A stretch of 64,000 bases of DNA from positions 896,001 through 960,000 of the forward strand of contig CAVSDR010000006.1 in NCBI GenBank assembly GCA_963726745.1, written 5' to 3'. Source of the stretch: an uncultured Verrucomicrobiae bacterium (GTDB taxonomy: Bacteria > Verrucomicrobiota > Verrucomicrobiia > Chthoniobacterales > UBA10450). This document shows positions 30,059 to 42,295 of the stretch, piece after piece. The notes beneath the pieces are model-generated. The model worked only from the letters and a program-made list of their open reading frames with translations, was not told the DNA's origin and ran no database searches. The translations under genes were made by a program, and so were the position numbers. Position 1 is the first letter of the stretch. Each line of letters opens with the position of its first letter.

Positions 30059-30802
30059 ATGGTTGCCGGGAATAATAAGACACCGCGCTCGTGGAGCAAA
30101 GCCCTCACTGCGCGACCGCGCCTGGTCGCGGTCATCACCGACGCGGCGGAGCTCGCGCGGGCCGGGCGGCTTCGGCGTCTACCGGACTTTTTCGAGGTGC
30201 GGCTGGACGCGCTCCATCCCTTGAATTCAGCCACACTCGCTGCGATCGAGCGCCTGCCGGCGCCGCGCATCCTGACGGCGCGGCACCCGGAGGAAGGCGG
30301 ACTTCACCAGATGAGCCCAGCGCAGCGGCGAGCGCTCTTGGAGGCATACCTTCCGCGGGCCGGGTTGATCGATGTGGAACTGCGAGCGGCCGAGAAATTA
30401 GCCGACATTTTGGAAACGGCCCGCCGCGCCGGCGTGGGACGCATTCTCTCGGTGCACGACTTCCACCGCGCGCCCACGCTGGAACGGCTCGAGGGCTGGC
30501 TTCGCGCAGCCGCGCTTTTCCGGCCGGAGGTCTTCAAGGTCGCCGTCCGCACCGACGACGCCGAGGAATTCGCCTGCCTGCTCGAGTTCTTCCAGAAACA
30601 TCGCCGCCGCACTGCGCTCGCGGCCATGGGGGTGGGCGCCTGGGGTCGCCGCGCTCGCCTGGAGCTCGCCCGCCGCGGCTCTGTTTTGAACTACGCCCAC
30701 CTCGGCCAGGCGCGCGTCCCCGGCCAGCTCGCGCTCGCGGAACTGCGGCGCACCGGGCACTTCGGCCCATCTCCCAAGGGCAGCGCGGCGTATATATACT
30801 AG
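30059..30802 (+). CDS. aroD: Type I 3-dehydroquinate dehydratase
   Basis: FEVRLD, LTAR..EEGG, IDVEL, SVHDF, FKVAV, AMG, VPGQL. Confidence 0.8.
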   Translation: MVAGNNKTPRSWSKALTARPRLVAVITDAAELARAGRLRRLPDFFEVRLDALHPLNSATLAAIERLPAPRILTARHPEEGGLHQMSPAQRRALLEAYLPRAGLIDVELRAAEKLADILETARRAGVGRILSVHDFHRAPTLERLEGWLRAAALFRPEVFKVAVRTDDAEEFACLLEFFQKHRRRTALAAMGVGAWGRRARLELARRGSVLNYAHLGQARVPGQLALAELRRTGHFGPSPKGSAAYIY

Positions 30803-30804
30803 AA

Positions 30805-31452
30805 GTGGCTGCCAACGAGAAAACCGAGACCATCACCCTGCCGGAAACCGTGCCCGTGATGCCTCTCCCCGGCGCCCTCCTTTTCCCGCACGCCCTCCTG
30901 CCGCTCTACATCTTCGAGCAGCGCTACCGCGAGATGCTGGAATACGCCCTCGCCGCCGACCGGATGTTTTGCGTCGCCCTCATTTCTCCGAAGCGCGCGG
31001 AATGGCGCTCCACCGGCGACTTCCATCAGATCGCAACCGTCGGTCTCATCCGCGCCTGTGTCGGCCGGCCCGACGGCACCTCAAATCTCATCCTCCAAGG
31101 CCTGCAACGCGTCCGCTTCACCGGCTTCCCACAGTCGAAACCCTTCCCCATTGCCGAGATCGAGCCGCTCCCGTCCGTCCCGGCCGATCCGCTGGTCGAG
31201 GGCCAGGCGCTGGCGGCGCAGGTGCTCGATTTTTATGAGAAATTCAAGGGCGACGGCCGGCAGTTTCCCGAGAAGGTCGATTCCTACCTCTCGGACCTGG
31301 GCGATCCCGAGATGCTGGCCGACCTCATGGCCGCCACCTTTGTGGGCGATCCCCGGCGCCGGCAGCAACTCCTCGAGGAGCTCGATGTCAAGGAACGCCT
31401 CCGCCTGGTCATCCGTTTCCTGCGCGACGAGACCGGCAGCGCTGCGGCCTAA
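30805..31452 (+). CDS. LON peptidase N-terminal (substrate-binding) domain protein
   Basis: PVMPL..ALLFP...LPLYIFEQRYREM, RQQLLEE...ERL; GTG start inferred. Confidence 0.82.
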   Translation: MAANEKTETITLPETVPVMPLPGALLFPHALLPLYIFEQRYREMLEYALAADRMFCVALISPKRAEWRSTGDFHQIATVGLIRACVGRPDGTSNLILQGLQRVRFTGFPQSKPFPIAEIEPLPSVPADPLVEGQALAAQVLDFYEKFKGDGRQFPEKVDSYLSDLGDPEMLADLMAATFVGDPRRRQQLLEELDVKERLRLVIRFLRDETGSAAA

Positions 31453-32603
31453 CGAGTCGTGGGCGCCGGCGCGATCCGGGCGTATTCCTCCATCAGGTAG
31501 CGATCGGTCATGCCCGCGATGTAATCGCACACCGTGCGATGAAAGCCCTCGCCCTCGATCCGTCGAATCGCGCCCTCGCCTAACGAGTCTGGCGATTCGA
31601 GGTAGGCGGCAAAAACCGCGCGTAACATCTCGCAGGCCTGCTGATTCACCTCGGCCACGCGCGGATGGTAGTAAACGTTCTTGTACAGGAAACGCCGGAG
31701 CTCGCGGTTCGCCTGGAGCAATCCCTCGCTGTAGCGAATCAGCGGCCGCTCGCGTTGCCGCACCTCATCCGCGCTCTGCACCCCGGCAGCGGCGATGCCT
31801 TCCGCGCTCGAGCCGATCACATCCCGCACCTGCACGTCGATGATGTCGCGAATGATCAGCTTGTGCAGCTCCGGCTCGCGCACCGAGGGATAACGGCTCA
31901 GGACAGGCTCCCGGCTTTGCCGCCAGACGGCCACTTCTTCGAGCTGGTCGGAAGAAAGAATCGCGAAGTCGACCGCATCGTCGAGGTCGTGACTGTAGTA
32001 GGTGATCTCGTCGGCTAAATTCGCGATCTGCGCTTCGAGCGAAGGGCAGCGGTATTTCTGCCCCGTGGGCTCAGGCGGATCGTAAAACGCGCGATGCTTC
32101 TGCAAGCCCTCGCGCACTTCGAAAGTAAGATTGAGCCCGGGAAAGTTCGGGTAAGCCGATTCCAGCAAGTCGACCACGCGCAAGCTTTGGTCGTTATGCT
32201 CGAAGCCGCCGTGCTCGCGCATGCATTCCGCGAGCATCTCCTCGCCGGAGTGACCAAAGGGCGGATGCCCCAGGTCATGCGACAAGGCGATCGCTTCCGC
32301 GAGGTCTTCATTGAGCGACAAGGCGCGCGCAATCGTGCGGCTGATCGAGGCCACCTCGATCGAGTGCGTCAAGCGCGTGCGCAGATGATCGCCGGTGCCG
32401 TTCAGGAAAACCTGCGTCTTGTATTCCAGCCGGCGAAAGGCCCGCGAGTGAATGATCCGCGCGCGGTCGCGCTGGAATTCCGTGCGGAAAGCATGCTGCG
32501 GCTCCGCGTATTTTCGCCCGCGCGAGTCGCCGGATTTTTGCGCGTAGCGCGCAAGCATGCGCTGCTCGTTTTCCTCCATCTCCTCGCGCGTCTTCCAGCT
32601 CAT
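31449..32603 (-). CDS. dgt: Deoxyguanosinetriphosphate triphosphohydrolase (HD family)
   Basis: FQRDRARIIHS.AFRRL.YKTQVF, RTRLTHS, HDLGHPPFGH, DYIAGMTDRY. Confidence 0.93.
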   Translation of the reverse strand: MSWKTREEMEENEQRMLARYAQKSGDSRGRKYAEPQHAFRTEFQRDRARIIHSRAFRRLEYKTQVFLNGTGDHLRTRLTHSIEVASISRTIARALSLNEDLAEAIALSHDLGHPPFGHSGEEMLAECMREHGGFEHNDQSLRVVDLLESAYPNFPGLNLTFEVREGLQKHRAFYDPPEPTGQKYRCPSLEAQIANLADEITYYSHDLDDAVDFAILSSDQLEEVAVWRQSREPVLSRYPSVREPELHKLIIRDIIDVQVRDVIGSSAEGIAAAGVQSADEVRQRERPLIRYSEGLLQANRELRRFLYKNVYYHPRVAEVNQQACEMLRAVFAAYLESPDSLGEGAIRRIEGEGFHRTVCDYIAGMTDRYLMEEYARIAPAPTTR

Positions 32604-32932
32604 GGCGCCTCCTTTTCCGCCGCGGTCTCGCGCAGCGCCCGCCGGGCCGCACGCGCCGCCGCGCGCACCAGGAGGACGTCAAAAATTGCCAGCAACAAGG
32701 CGGTCAAAGTCAGCCAGGCGCAGCTCAGCCAATAGATGATGAAGAGGACCGCATGCTCCCGCGGATTGAGGAACTCGCGCAAGAAAGTGCTGCCTAAAAA
32801 CAGCATCGCCATCGCCGCGACCAGGAGCGCAAACATCGTCCAGCGACGCGCGCTTTGATCGCGCAGGATTCCGCGCGCCGACTGCGCCGCGAATCCCGGA
32901 AGCTCGAGGTTCTTTTTTGGCCCTGTTTCCAT
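32600..32932 (-). CDS. Two-TM membrane protein, hypothetical
   Basis: Two hydrophobic helices; ATGA overlap with dgt. Confidence 0.65.
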   Translation of the reverse strand: METGPKKNLELPGFAAQSARGILRDQSARRWTMFALLVAAMAMLFLGSTFLREFLNPREHAVLFIIYWLSCAWLTLTALLLAIFDVLLVRAAARAARRALRETAAEKEAP

Positions 32933-32947
32933 GGCCCAAAGGGCTGG

Positions 32948-34273
32948 CTAAATCAGGAGAAGCGTCGGGTTCTCCAGCAACCGGCGCAGCTCCTTCAAAT
33001 ATTCCGCGCCCAGGGCGCCATCGATCACGCGGTGATCGCAGCTCATCGTGATTGAGAGGCGATGACCGACCTTCACCTGGTCGCAATCGTCCACCACGGC
33101 GTGTTTCGAAACCGCGCCGATCGCGAGGATGAAACCCTGCGGCGGATTGATGATCGCGGAGAAAGAGTCGATGCCCATGCCGCCGAGATTCGAGACCGTG
33201 AACGTGCCGCCTTGGAATTCCTCCGGCTTCATGCGCTTGTTACGCGCGCGGCCAGCGAGATCCTTGACCGCCTCGCTGATCTCGCGCAGCGATTTTTTCT
33301 GCGCTGCGCGCACGATCGGCGTCACCAGGCCGTCCTCGATCGCGACCGCAATCGCGAGATCGACGTCCTGGTATTGCACGATCGCGTCGTCGTCGAAAGC
33401 GGCGTTCACTTTCGGCACTTTCACCGCGGCATCGACCGCGGCTTTGAGGATGAAATCGTTCACCGTCACCTTGGCGGTATCGCTCCCTTCACCAGCAGCC
33501 TTCAATTCCGCGCGGGCGGACATCAGCGGGCCGGCATCGATCTCGATCGTGAGATAAAAGTGCGGGACAGGGCCTTTGCTCGCGACCAGGCGCTCGGCGA
33601 TTACCTTGCGCATGCCGGAAAGGGTAATGCGCGCGCCCTCGGCGGCCTTCGGCGCGGCGGGAGCGGCAGACTTTTTCTCCGGCGCGGAAGTTTTGCCAGC
33701 AGGCTGCGACTTCATTGCGGTGCGGACGTCGGACTCGGTCACGCGACCGTCCGGACCGGTGCCTTCAATCTGCGCAATCTCGAGGCCTTCCTCAGCCGCG
33801 AGCCGGCGGGCAATAGGCGACGCTTTCACACGCGCTTCGCCTTCGCCGCGTGCAACGGGAGCGGCAGCTTCCGCCGGCTTCTTTGCCGGCGCAGGCGCCG
33901 GGGCGGCCGCGGCGGGTTTCTTTTCCTTCTCCGGCTGCGGTGGCGCGGTCTCTTTCTTTTCGTCCTTGGCCGGGGCGGGCTGCTCGGTCTCAGCCGGCGC
34001 TTCCTTCTTTTTCTCCTCGGGCGCCGGGGCGGCTTCGCCCTTCTCGCCGATGAAGGCGATCTTGACGCCTACTTCGACCTTGCCGCCCTCCTCGACGTAA
34101 ATCTCGGTGAGCACACCGTCTTCCGGCGACTCCCATTCCATCGTCGCCTTGTCGGTCTCGATCTCGGCGATGACGTCGCCCGCGGAAACCTGATCGCCTT
34201 TCTTTTTCTTCCAAGCGACCAGGGTCCCCTCGGTCATGGTGTCGCTCAGCTTCGGCATCTGGATTTCAGGCAT
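32948..34273 (-). CDS. pdhC: Pyruvate dehydrogenase E2, dihydrolipoamide acetyltransferase
   Basis: Lipoyl ETDKA, ASPIARRLA, GTGPDGR, DHRVIDG. Confidence 0.95.
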   Translation of the reverse strand: MPEIQMPKLSDTMTEGTLVAWKKKKGDQVSAGDVIAEIETDKATMEWESPEDGVLTEIYVEEGGKVEVGVKIAFIGEKGEAAPAPEEKKKEAPAETEQPAPAKDEKKETAPPQPEKEKKPAAAAPAPAPAKKPAEAAAPVARGEGEARVKASPIARRLAAEEGLEIAQIEGTGPDGRVTESDVRTAMKSQPAGKTSAPEKKSAAPAAPKAAEGARITLSGMRKVIAERLVASKGPVPHFYLTIEIDAGPLMSARAELKAAGEGSDTAKVTVNDFILKAAVDAAVKVPKVNAAFDDDAIVQYQDVDLAIAVAIEDGLVTPIVRAAQKKSLREISEAVKDLAGRARNKRMKPEEFQGGTFTVSNLGGMGIDSFSAIINPPQGFILAIGAVSKHAVVDDCDQVKVGHRLSITMSCDHRVIDGALGAEYLKELRRLLENPTLLLI

Positions 34274-34285
34274 GGCTTCTTCTCG

Positions 34286-35277
<992 letters not shown>

Positions 35278-35281
<4 letters not shown>

Positions 35282-36243
35282 GGCACGTAGGTGTAGTTGC
35301 GGAGTTCCTCGAGCGGAGGTTCCGGGCTTTCCTCAGCGAACTTCACGCTCGCGAGGGCCGTTTCCTTGGCCGCCTTGTCCATTTCGTCGAACTGCTCGTT
35401 AGTCAATTTGCCTTCGCGAGTAAGCTGGGCGCGCAAGCGCGTGATCGGATCGTCCAGGCGATACTTTTCCAGCTGCTCCTTCGTGCGATAGCTCGCCGGG
35501 TCCGACATGGAATGGCCGCGGTAACGGTAGGTGCGAATCTCGACAAAGGCCGGATGCGGCTCCTTGCGGATGTCGGCCACGATTTCCCCAAGCTTGTCGC
35601 GGACGTCGCGGAAATTCATCCCGTCGATCACGGTGCCGGGAATGTCGTAGCCCTCGGCCCGGTCCACGATCGCCTTGAGCGAAGTCGAACGCTCGACCGA
35701 GGTCCCCATGGCGAAGAGGTTGTTCTCGCAGATAAAAATAACCGGCAACTTGTAAAGCCCCGCGTGATTGAGCGCCTCGTGGAAAGCGCCCTGGTTAATC
35801 GCGCCGTCGCCGAAAAAGCAAAGTGTAACGCGATCTTCCTCGCGATACTTCGAAGCGAAGGCGAGCCCAGTGGCCAGCGGCACATGCGCCGCGACGATGG
35901 CGTGACCGCCATACATGTGGTTCTCCTTGTCGAAATAATGCATCGAGCCGCCGAGACCCTTCGAGCAGCCGGTGGCTTTGCCAAACAACTCCGCCATGCA
36001 GGCATCGGCCGTGGTCCCGCGAGCGAGCGCATGCGCATGATCGCGGTAGGCGGTGATCAGGTAATCGTCATGCCGCGTGGCCGCCACTGCGCCCACCACG
36101 ACCGCTTCCTGCCCAATGTAGAGGTGACAAAAGCCGCCGATCTTCTGCGCTTGATACTGCTGACTGGCGCGCTCCTCGAAGCGGCGGATCAGCAACATCA
36201 GCGAGAGCATTTCGACCTCGTCGCGTTGCTCCGGCTGGGACAT
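35278..36243 (-). CDS. pdhA: Pyruvate dehydrogenase E1 alpha subunit
   Basis: GFCHLYIGQEA, GGSMH, GDGA...NN (ThDP motif), TYRYRGHSMSDP; start at ATG 36243. Confidence 0.95.
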
Positions 36244-36248
36244 GCCGG

Positions 36249-36836
36249 TTACGCAGTTCGAGGCTGCGCCGTGGCGGCGCGTGATGGCGATGTGCTGCGC
36301 CCCAGATGGAAACAGAGGACGAAGAGACCGGTGAAGAAGAGATCGCTCGCGAGCGAATTGCGCAGGAACATCCACGTGGGCGTGGCGCTGTAAGCCGGCA
36401 AGCCAACGGTGAGCGCCTGGAACAACCCAGCAAAGTTCTTCCCGTAACCCGGATCGCTCAGCCAGGAGACGGCATTGGTGAGCGCGTAGAAAATCAAAGT
36501 GCCGGCAACCGAAGCCGGCAGGAGCGTCTTGAGCGAGACGCGATTTTGCAGGAGCAAACCGAGCCCGCCCACGGCGAAGAGCGCGAAATAGCGCGCGAGA
36601 ATCAGCGGCTCCAGCATGGAAGCGGCGTAGAACCAGTTCAGCACGAGATCGGAAATGAGGAGCGCCGCCAGCGGCACGGTGAACTTGTAGCCGCGCGGAA
36701 AATACGCCGCGCTGCAGAGCGCGATCGCGGCCAGCGGGGCAAAATTCGCCAGCCAACCGGAGGTCGGCTGCACGTAGACGCCGAGAACGATTCGGTAGGC
36801 AATCGTAGCCAGGACAAGGAGGAGAGCAGGGAGCAT
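36249..36836 (-). CDS. Polytopic membrane protein (DUF6580-like putative transporter component)
   Basis: NFAPLAAIAL, ISDL, IFY..TN...W, GLP....RNSL.SDLFF. Confidence 0.6.
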   Translation of the reverse strand: MLPALLLVLATIAYRIVLGVYVQPTSGWLANFAPLAAIALCSAAYFPRGYKFTVPLAALLISDLVLNWFYAASMLEPLILARYFALFAVGGLGLLLQNRVSLKTLLPASVAGTLIFYALTNAVSWLSDPGYGKNFAGLFQALTVGLPAYSATPTWMFLRNSLASDLFFTGLFVLCFHLGRSTSPSRAATAQPRTA

Positions 36837-36909
36837 GGCGGGATGACCTTTCAACAAGTCGAAGCGTTATGCAACGCGCTTTCTAGAAGCGCCCTGCCGC
36901 TTCGTCTCG

Positions 36910-37173
36910 TTAGGCTGCGCTGCTCTTCGCGGCCGCGGTGCGGACCTTGTTCAGGCGCGCTTTGCGACGGTTGGCGGCATTGCGATGGATGACGCCATTC
37001 TTGGCCGCTTTGTCGACCGCCGCAATGAGCTCGCGCTGACTCTTTTCATCCTTTTGCTCCGCGGCGGAAGCTTTCTTGTTCAAGCCGCGCAGGCGGGTGA
37101 GCACGCTGCGATTGCGGAGCGAACGCACAGCGGTCTGCCGGGCGCGTTTCGAGGCGGATTTGGTGTTGGCCAT
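36910..37173 (-). CDS. rpsT: 30S ribosomal protein S20
   Basis: MANTKSA.KRARQ, VDKAAKNGVIHRNAANRRKARL. Confidence 0.97.
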   Translation of the reverse strand: MANTKSASKRARQTAVRSLRNRSVLTRLRGLNKKASAAEQKDEKSQRELIAAVDKAAKNGVIHRNAANRRKARLNKVRTAAAKSSAA

Positions 37174-37256
37174 GGTAAAGGGAAAGCTGGGCGTGGAGGG
37201 TCGTGGCGCGGGGAAGTTTTGTCAACCCGCGGACGCAGCGAAAACAGGCAGTAAGA

Positions 37257-37955
37257 TCAGGCGTCGCGGTTCCGCTGGGCGATGCGGATGACGGCCGCGC
37301 CTTTGTCCTTCGCCGCCGGCTCGGGCGAGTTCGCGATCGGGAGATCGCGGCCCTTCTCGCTGGGGGCATCGGGCGCCTGGTATTGGAAGATCACCTTGGC
37401 CTTGGGAACCTTGGGGAGCTTATCCGGCACCACCTGCACGACGGCGCCGACCGGGAGTTGGCTGTAGAGCGCAGCCACGTCTTTCGATTTCATCCGGATG
37501 CAGCCGTAGCTCGCCGGCCGGCCGATGCTCTTCTCCTCGGCGGTGCCGTGAATGTAGATCGAGCGCGAAAACGCGTGCGCCGTGGAAGCTTCGAGACCGC
37601 GCAGCCAGATGATGCGGGTCACGATCGGGTCCCGCCCGGGCGCGTTCGGCTTGAGGATTTCGCCCGTAAAACGACGATTGTGGAAGACCGCACCGACCGG
37701 GGCGTGGTCGCCGATTTTTTGCGCCACCGCCATCGCGCCGATGGGGGTGGTCATGCGGCCGAAGCCGTCGCCGAGGCCAAACTTCGAGGTCGAAACCGGG
37801 TAGGTGACGACGCGGGCGCCATTCTGCAGGAGCATGAGCTTTTGCTCCTTCACGCTCACGATGACCTGGTTCACCACCGGGGTCCCGCCCTCGGCCCAGA
37901 TAGTCGCCGCGAGCGCGAAAATCAGGCCCAGAGGGAGGAGCGCGCGGCGAAACAT
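37257..37955 (-). CDS. L,D-transpeptidase (YkuD family)
   Basis: Signal peptide, YPVST, TP.G, IYIHGT...SYGCIRM. Confidence 0.88.
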   Translation of the reverse strand: MFRRALLPLGLIFALAATIWAEGGTPVVNQVIVSVKEQKLMLLQNGARVVTYPVSTSKFGLGDGFGRMTTPIGAMAVAQKIGDHAPVGAVFHNRRFTGEILKPNAPGRDPIVTRIIWLRGLEASTAHAFSRSIYIHGTAEEKSIGRPASYGCIRMKSKDVAALYSQLPVGAVVQVVPDKLPKVPKAKVIFQYQAPDAPSEKGRDLPIANSPEPAAKDKGAAVIRIAQRNRDA

Positions 37956-37986
37956 CGTTTCCCTAGTAACAACTTTTATGCCGATG

Positions 37987-39492
37987 TCACGCGGGAAGCG
38001 GCATTTCCGCACGGGTGCCGCCAAAAAGATTTCGCGGGAAAGCGTGCAGGAGCGAGCTCATGGAAACGTAGAGGAACCCGAGCTGGAACATGAGCAGGAA
38101 AGGCACGGAGAGGTATTGCCCGTGCCGAATGGCGAACCAGAGGAAGTAGGTGAAGTAGAGCGCGAAGGCCAACTCCAGCATCGGCAGGAGCGACTTCAAC
38201 GGCATGTATTTCGTGGTGCTCCAGCTCTGCTTTTTGTGCTCGATGCCATACTTCGGCGTGCGCGCGAAATCCGACTCGTGATTGAAGACCGCTTCGAGCA
38301 CAGCGCGCGCATTGTTCAGCGAAAGTCCCACGCCGAGCGCGAGCAAGGCCGGCAAGAGGAGCATTTCCTTCATCCAGGTGCGCGGATGGAGTTCGCGCTG
38401 CGCGCAAATATAAAACACGGCCACGGAGAGCGACGCCGTCAGGAATATCGGCACGTCGACCAGGAGCATGCGGGCCCAACCCGTCTGCGGACCGCCGACC
38501 GACGGATGCAGGAGCACGCAAAGGCAGGCCAGCAGGAGGTAGGCAAAGTTCGAGGTCAGATGCGCGGTCGCCTCGATCTTCAGCGGCAGCGCGAGATTGC
38601 TCCGCCAAATCGTCGGCAAAAGTTTCTTGCAGGTCTGGATCGAGCCTTTCGTCCAGCGATGCTGCTGCGACTTGAAGCCGTTCATGTCCACCGGCAACTC
38701 GGCCGGCGTAATCACGTCCGGCATGAAGATGAATTTCCAGCCGGCGAGCTGCGCGCGATAGCTTAGGTCGAGATCCTCGGTCAGCGTGTCGTGCTGCCAG
38801 CCGCCGGCTTCCTCGATGCAGCTCCGGCGCCAAAGGCCGGCGGTGCCGTTGAAATTGAAGAAGCGGCCGCTGCGGCTGCGCGCGGTTTGCTCCAGGAGCA
38901 AATGCCCGTCGAGGAACATCGCCTGCACCCGCGTGAGCAAGGAGTAGGTGCGGTTCAAGTGGCCCCAGCGCGTCTGGATCATGCCCACCTGCGGGTCGGT
39001 GAAGAAGTGCACCGTTTGCTGGAGCAAGTCCGGCTGGGGGACGAAATCGGCGTCGAGGATGCAGACAAAGTCGCCCTGCGCCGTGGCCATGCCCGTCTCG
39101 AGCGCGCCGGCCTTGAAGCCCACGCGATCCGTCCGGTGGATCAGCTCGACATTAAAGCCGCGCTCCTGCAAGGCGGTCACGCTCCGGCGGGTCAGTTCGC
39201 GCGTGTCGTCGGTGGAGTCGTCCAGCACCTGGATGTGCAGGCGGTCGCGCGGGTAATCCAATTCGCTGACTGATTTCAGGAGCCGCTCGGCGACGTAAAA
39301 TTCGTTAAAAATCGGCAGCTGCACGGTCACCTTCGGCAGCTCTGCGAACTGGGCCAGCGGCACCGAGGCCTTCCGGCGATTCTTCAAGAAAAGGTAGATG
39401 ATGAAGTAGCGATGGATCCCGTAGGCCGAGAGCACGGTGAGGACGCTCAGATAACAAAAAGTCCAGATGAGATAACCGACGCTGCCTTGCAT
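37987..39492 (-). CDS. Family 2 glycosyltransferase, cellulose-synthase-like
   Basis: VQLPIFNE, DDSTD, FKAGAL, DADF, TEDLD, QQHRW, C-terminal TM helices. Confidence 0.9.
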   Translation of the reverse strand: MQGSVGYLIWTFCYLSVLTVLSAYGIHRYFIIYLFLKNRRKASVPLAQFAELPKVTVQLPIFNEFYVAERLLKSVSELDYPRDRLHIQVLDDSTDDTRELTRRSVTALQERGFNVELIHRTDRVGFKAGALETGMATAQGDFVCILDADFVPQPDLLQQTVHFFTDPQVGMIQTRWGHLNRTYSLLTRVQAMFLDGHLLLEQTARSRSGRFFNFNGTAGLWRRSCIEEAGGWQHDTLTEDLDLSYRAQLAGWKFIFMPDVITPAELPVDMNGFKSQQHRWTKGSIQTCKKLLPTIWRSNLALPLKIEATAHLTSNFAYLLLACLCVLLHPSVGGPQTGWARMLLVDVPIFLTASLSVAVFYICAQRELHPRTWMKEMLLLPALLALGVGLSLNNARAVLEAVFNHESDFARTPKYGIEHKKQSWSTTKYMPLKSLLPMLELAFALYFTYFLWFAIRHGQYLSVPFLLMFQLGFLYVSMSSLLHAFPRNLFGGTRAEMPLPA

Positions 39493-39781
39493 AAAGAATG
39501 TGGAACGGAGAGTTGCCAGCGACTCGGCCCCGGCAAGGGCGACATGATGGCGGTTCCGATGCTTCCGTCAAATTAAAAATCGGCGTTTTCCCTCGGAAAA
39601 CGTGCCTGAAAACGGCTCCTTTTTCGCCTTGCCAGAGGTGGCAAAAAATCACCGAAACAGCCCGCATGGGCGCATCCCGCGCGCCTCCCGGCGGGCGGGC
39701 TATTCGGCCCTTGCTGGCTCCGGCCATGCGGTTGACCTTGGCGGTCTGATGGCGCCGGGTGAATCCAAAGGAGCAAGGCAC

Positions 39782-42275
39782 ATGTCAGCGGAAGGCCGCG
39801 ATCGCGGGCGTTTCGAGCGCTTTAATATCGTCCTCGCGATTCTGCTCGCGGGCTGGGTCCCCTCGATTCTCATGCTGGTGATTTCCTACACCATCCTGAC
39901 GAATACCTTGGAATCGAAAATCCTGCGCGATCGCCAGACCTTCGTGAAATTGATCGCCCACCTGGTAGGCGACGATTTCACCCGCACCAGCGGGATCATC
40001 GAGTACCTACCAGACCCAGCCAGACGTGACCAACCTGCTGGCTGCGCCCAACCCTGAGGCCGCCGCGCAGCAGTGGATCAGCCAGACGTTCTACTCCCAC
40101 CCGCGGATCGACGGCATGTTCATCGCCGCGCCGGATGGACGCCTGGTGGCCGCGATTCCGCCTGTGCCCGAGGACCGCGCGGCCGTCCTGCCGGTGGAAA
40201 CGTGGGGCGCTGCGACCAGCGGCGAGAAATCGGTCTTCGTCACCCCGGTGCACCCGCGGCTGGCCGATAACCGCATGACCACCGATATCGTCGGGGCGCT
40301 GCGCACGCCCGATGGCCAAGTTGCCGGCTATTTTGGCGTCTCCGTGCTGGTGGAGCGCATGGGTCGCCGGCTGGCGACGGTGAATTTTTCCGACCAAGCC
40401 GTCTGCCAGGTGATCGACCAAAGCGGCGCGGCCCTCTTCACAGATGATTTCCAGCCAAACACCGCTGCGCTCTCAAAGGAAGCGAGCGAGCTGGTGAACG
40501 AAATCCGCGAAGCGAAGTCCGGTTCGTTCGAGCGCCACGAGAACCTTTATTCCTTCAGCCCGGTGGATGCGACCGGCTGGGTCACGGTGGTGGAGCAGGC
40601 GCGCTCGGTGGCTTACCAGCCGGTGCGCGATCTCCTGGCGAAGATCACTTTCCCCGCGCTCTGGCTCATCCTGCTCACAGCGGTAGGCGCGTGGTTAGCC
40701 GGCAAGTTCACCAGGCGGCAATCGGAAGCAGCGCGCCGGATCGAGCGCGAGGTCATTTTCAACGAGAAAATCCTCGCAAACATGCCCAGCGGGATCGCGC
40801 TGGTGGATCCGGACTCGCGACATTTTCTCCAGGCCAACGACGCCTTCGCGCGTATGGCTCGGAACTTCGGCGGTCTCGCGGAAGCGAAAGACATCTATGA
40901 CGCTTCCTACGACGAGGTGAAAATCGCCCCGCCCGATGCCGTCGAGCGCGTGCTTTCCTTCGGCGCGCCCTTCCAGTTGGTGGAGCAACCGTTCACCGAC
41001 CGCGGCGGCGCGACCCATTTCGTGAATGTAAACCTGCTTCGCCTCCAGGGCCCGGAGCGCCGCGTGCAGGGCGTGCTTTACTTGATCGAAGACCGGACGC
41101 GCGACGTCACCCTGCGGCAGGAATTGATCGGCGCGAACGCGGCCAAGGACAGCTTCCTCGCGCTGCTCTCGCATGAATTGCGCAACCCGCTTTCGCCCGT
41201 GATCGCGATGGTGGGCGAGCTCGAGGCGAGCGCTTCGCAAAGCGACGAGATGCGCGCCGCGCTCGAAGTCATCCGGCGAAATGTCGAGCTCGAGGCGCGC
41301 TTGATCGACGACTTGCTCGACGTAACTCGCATCGCCAAGGGCAAGCTGCAGCTCGCCTTCGAGACGGTGAGCGTGCACGAGATTCTCCATCGCGCGCTTG
41401 AAATTTGCCGCGAGGAGATCACGCAAAAGCCGCTCGGGATCGAGTTCCGCCTGCGCGCTGGCGAGGTGTATGTGGAAGGCGACCCCGCGCGCCTCCAGCA
41501 GGTCTTTTGGAACCTGATCAAGAACAGCGTCAAGTTCACCCCACCGCACGGCCGCATCGTCATCGAGACCTTGAACGCCACCGCCGGCGAGATCGAAGTG
41601 CGGGTGAGCGACACCGGCATCGGCATCGCGCCCGAGAAAATCGGCAAGATCTTCAACGCTTTCGAACAGGGGCAAAACTCGATCACCCGGCGTTTTGGTG
41701 GGCTCGGGCTGGGCCTGGCGATCTCGAAGGCGATGGTCGAGGCGCATGGCGGAAAGATCGCGGCGCAGAGCGACGGGACGGACCGCGGGACGCAATTTGT
41801 GGTCGCTTTACGCACGGTGGCCACGCCGGCCCGGACGGACGCAACGACCGCGCCGGCCTCCGGCGTGACCGAGCAATCCAAGGTGGCGATGGAACAACGC
41901 GCCCCGCGTTTGCTCGTGGTGGACGATCACCACGACACCTGCACCGGCATGAAAATGATGCTCGAGCGCCGCGGCTTTCGCGTGACCATTGCGCATTCCG
42001 CGGATGAAGCGATCGCCTGCTCGGAGCAGGCCGACTTCGATCTTTTAGTCAGCGACATCGGTCTGCCGGATCGCTCCGGCTACGAGCTGATGCAGGAATT
42101 GCGCGCGAGCAAAAGCCTCCGCGGAATTGCGCTGAGCGGCTTCGGGATGGAAAACGACGTCAGCCGCGCGCACGCCGCCGGCTTCTCCGAGCACCTTACG
42201 AAGCCGATTAATTTCGAGCGGCTCGAGCAGGCGATCCACGGTCTCCTCGAGGAGGAGACGGCCGAGCGCGGCTAA
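39782..42275 (+). CDS. Hybrid sensor histidine kinase (Cache-like sensor, PAS-like, HisKA, HATPase, receiver); apparent frameshift near 40007
   Basis: TM-sensor-TM, SHELRNPL, NLIKNSVKFT, DTGIGI, GLGLGL, receiver VDD..SDIGLP..TKP; one extra C separates the N-terminal TM from the main ORF. Confidence 0.85.
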
Positions 42276-42295
42276 GCGAACCTAGGGCTCGGCGG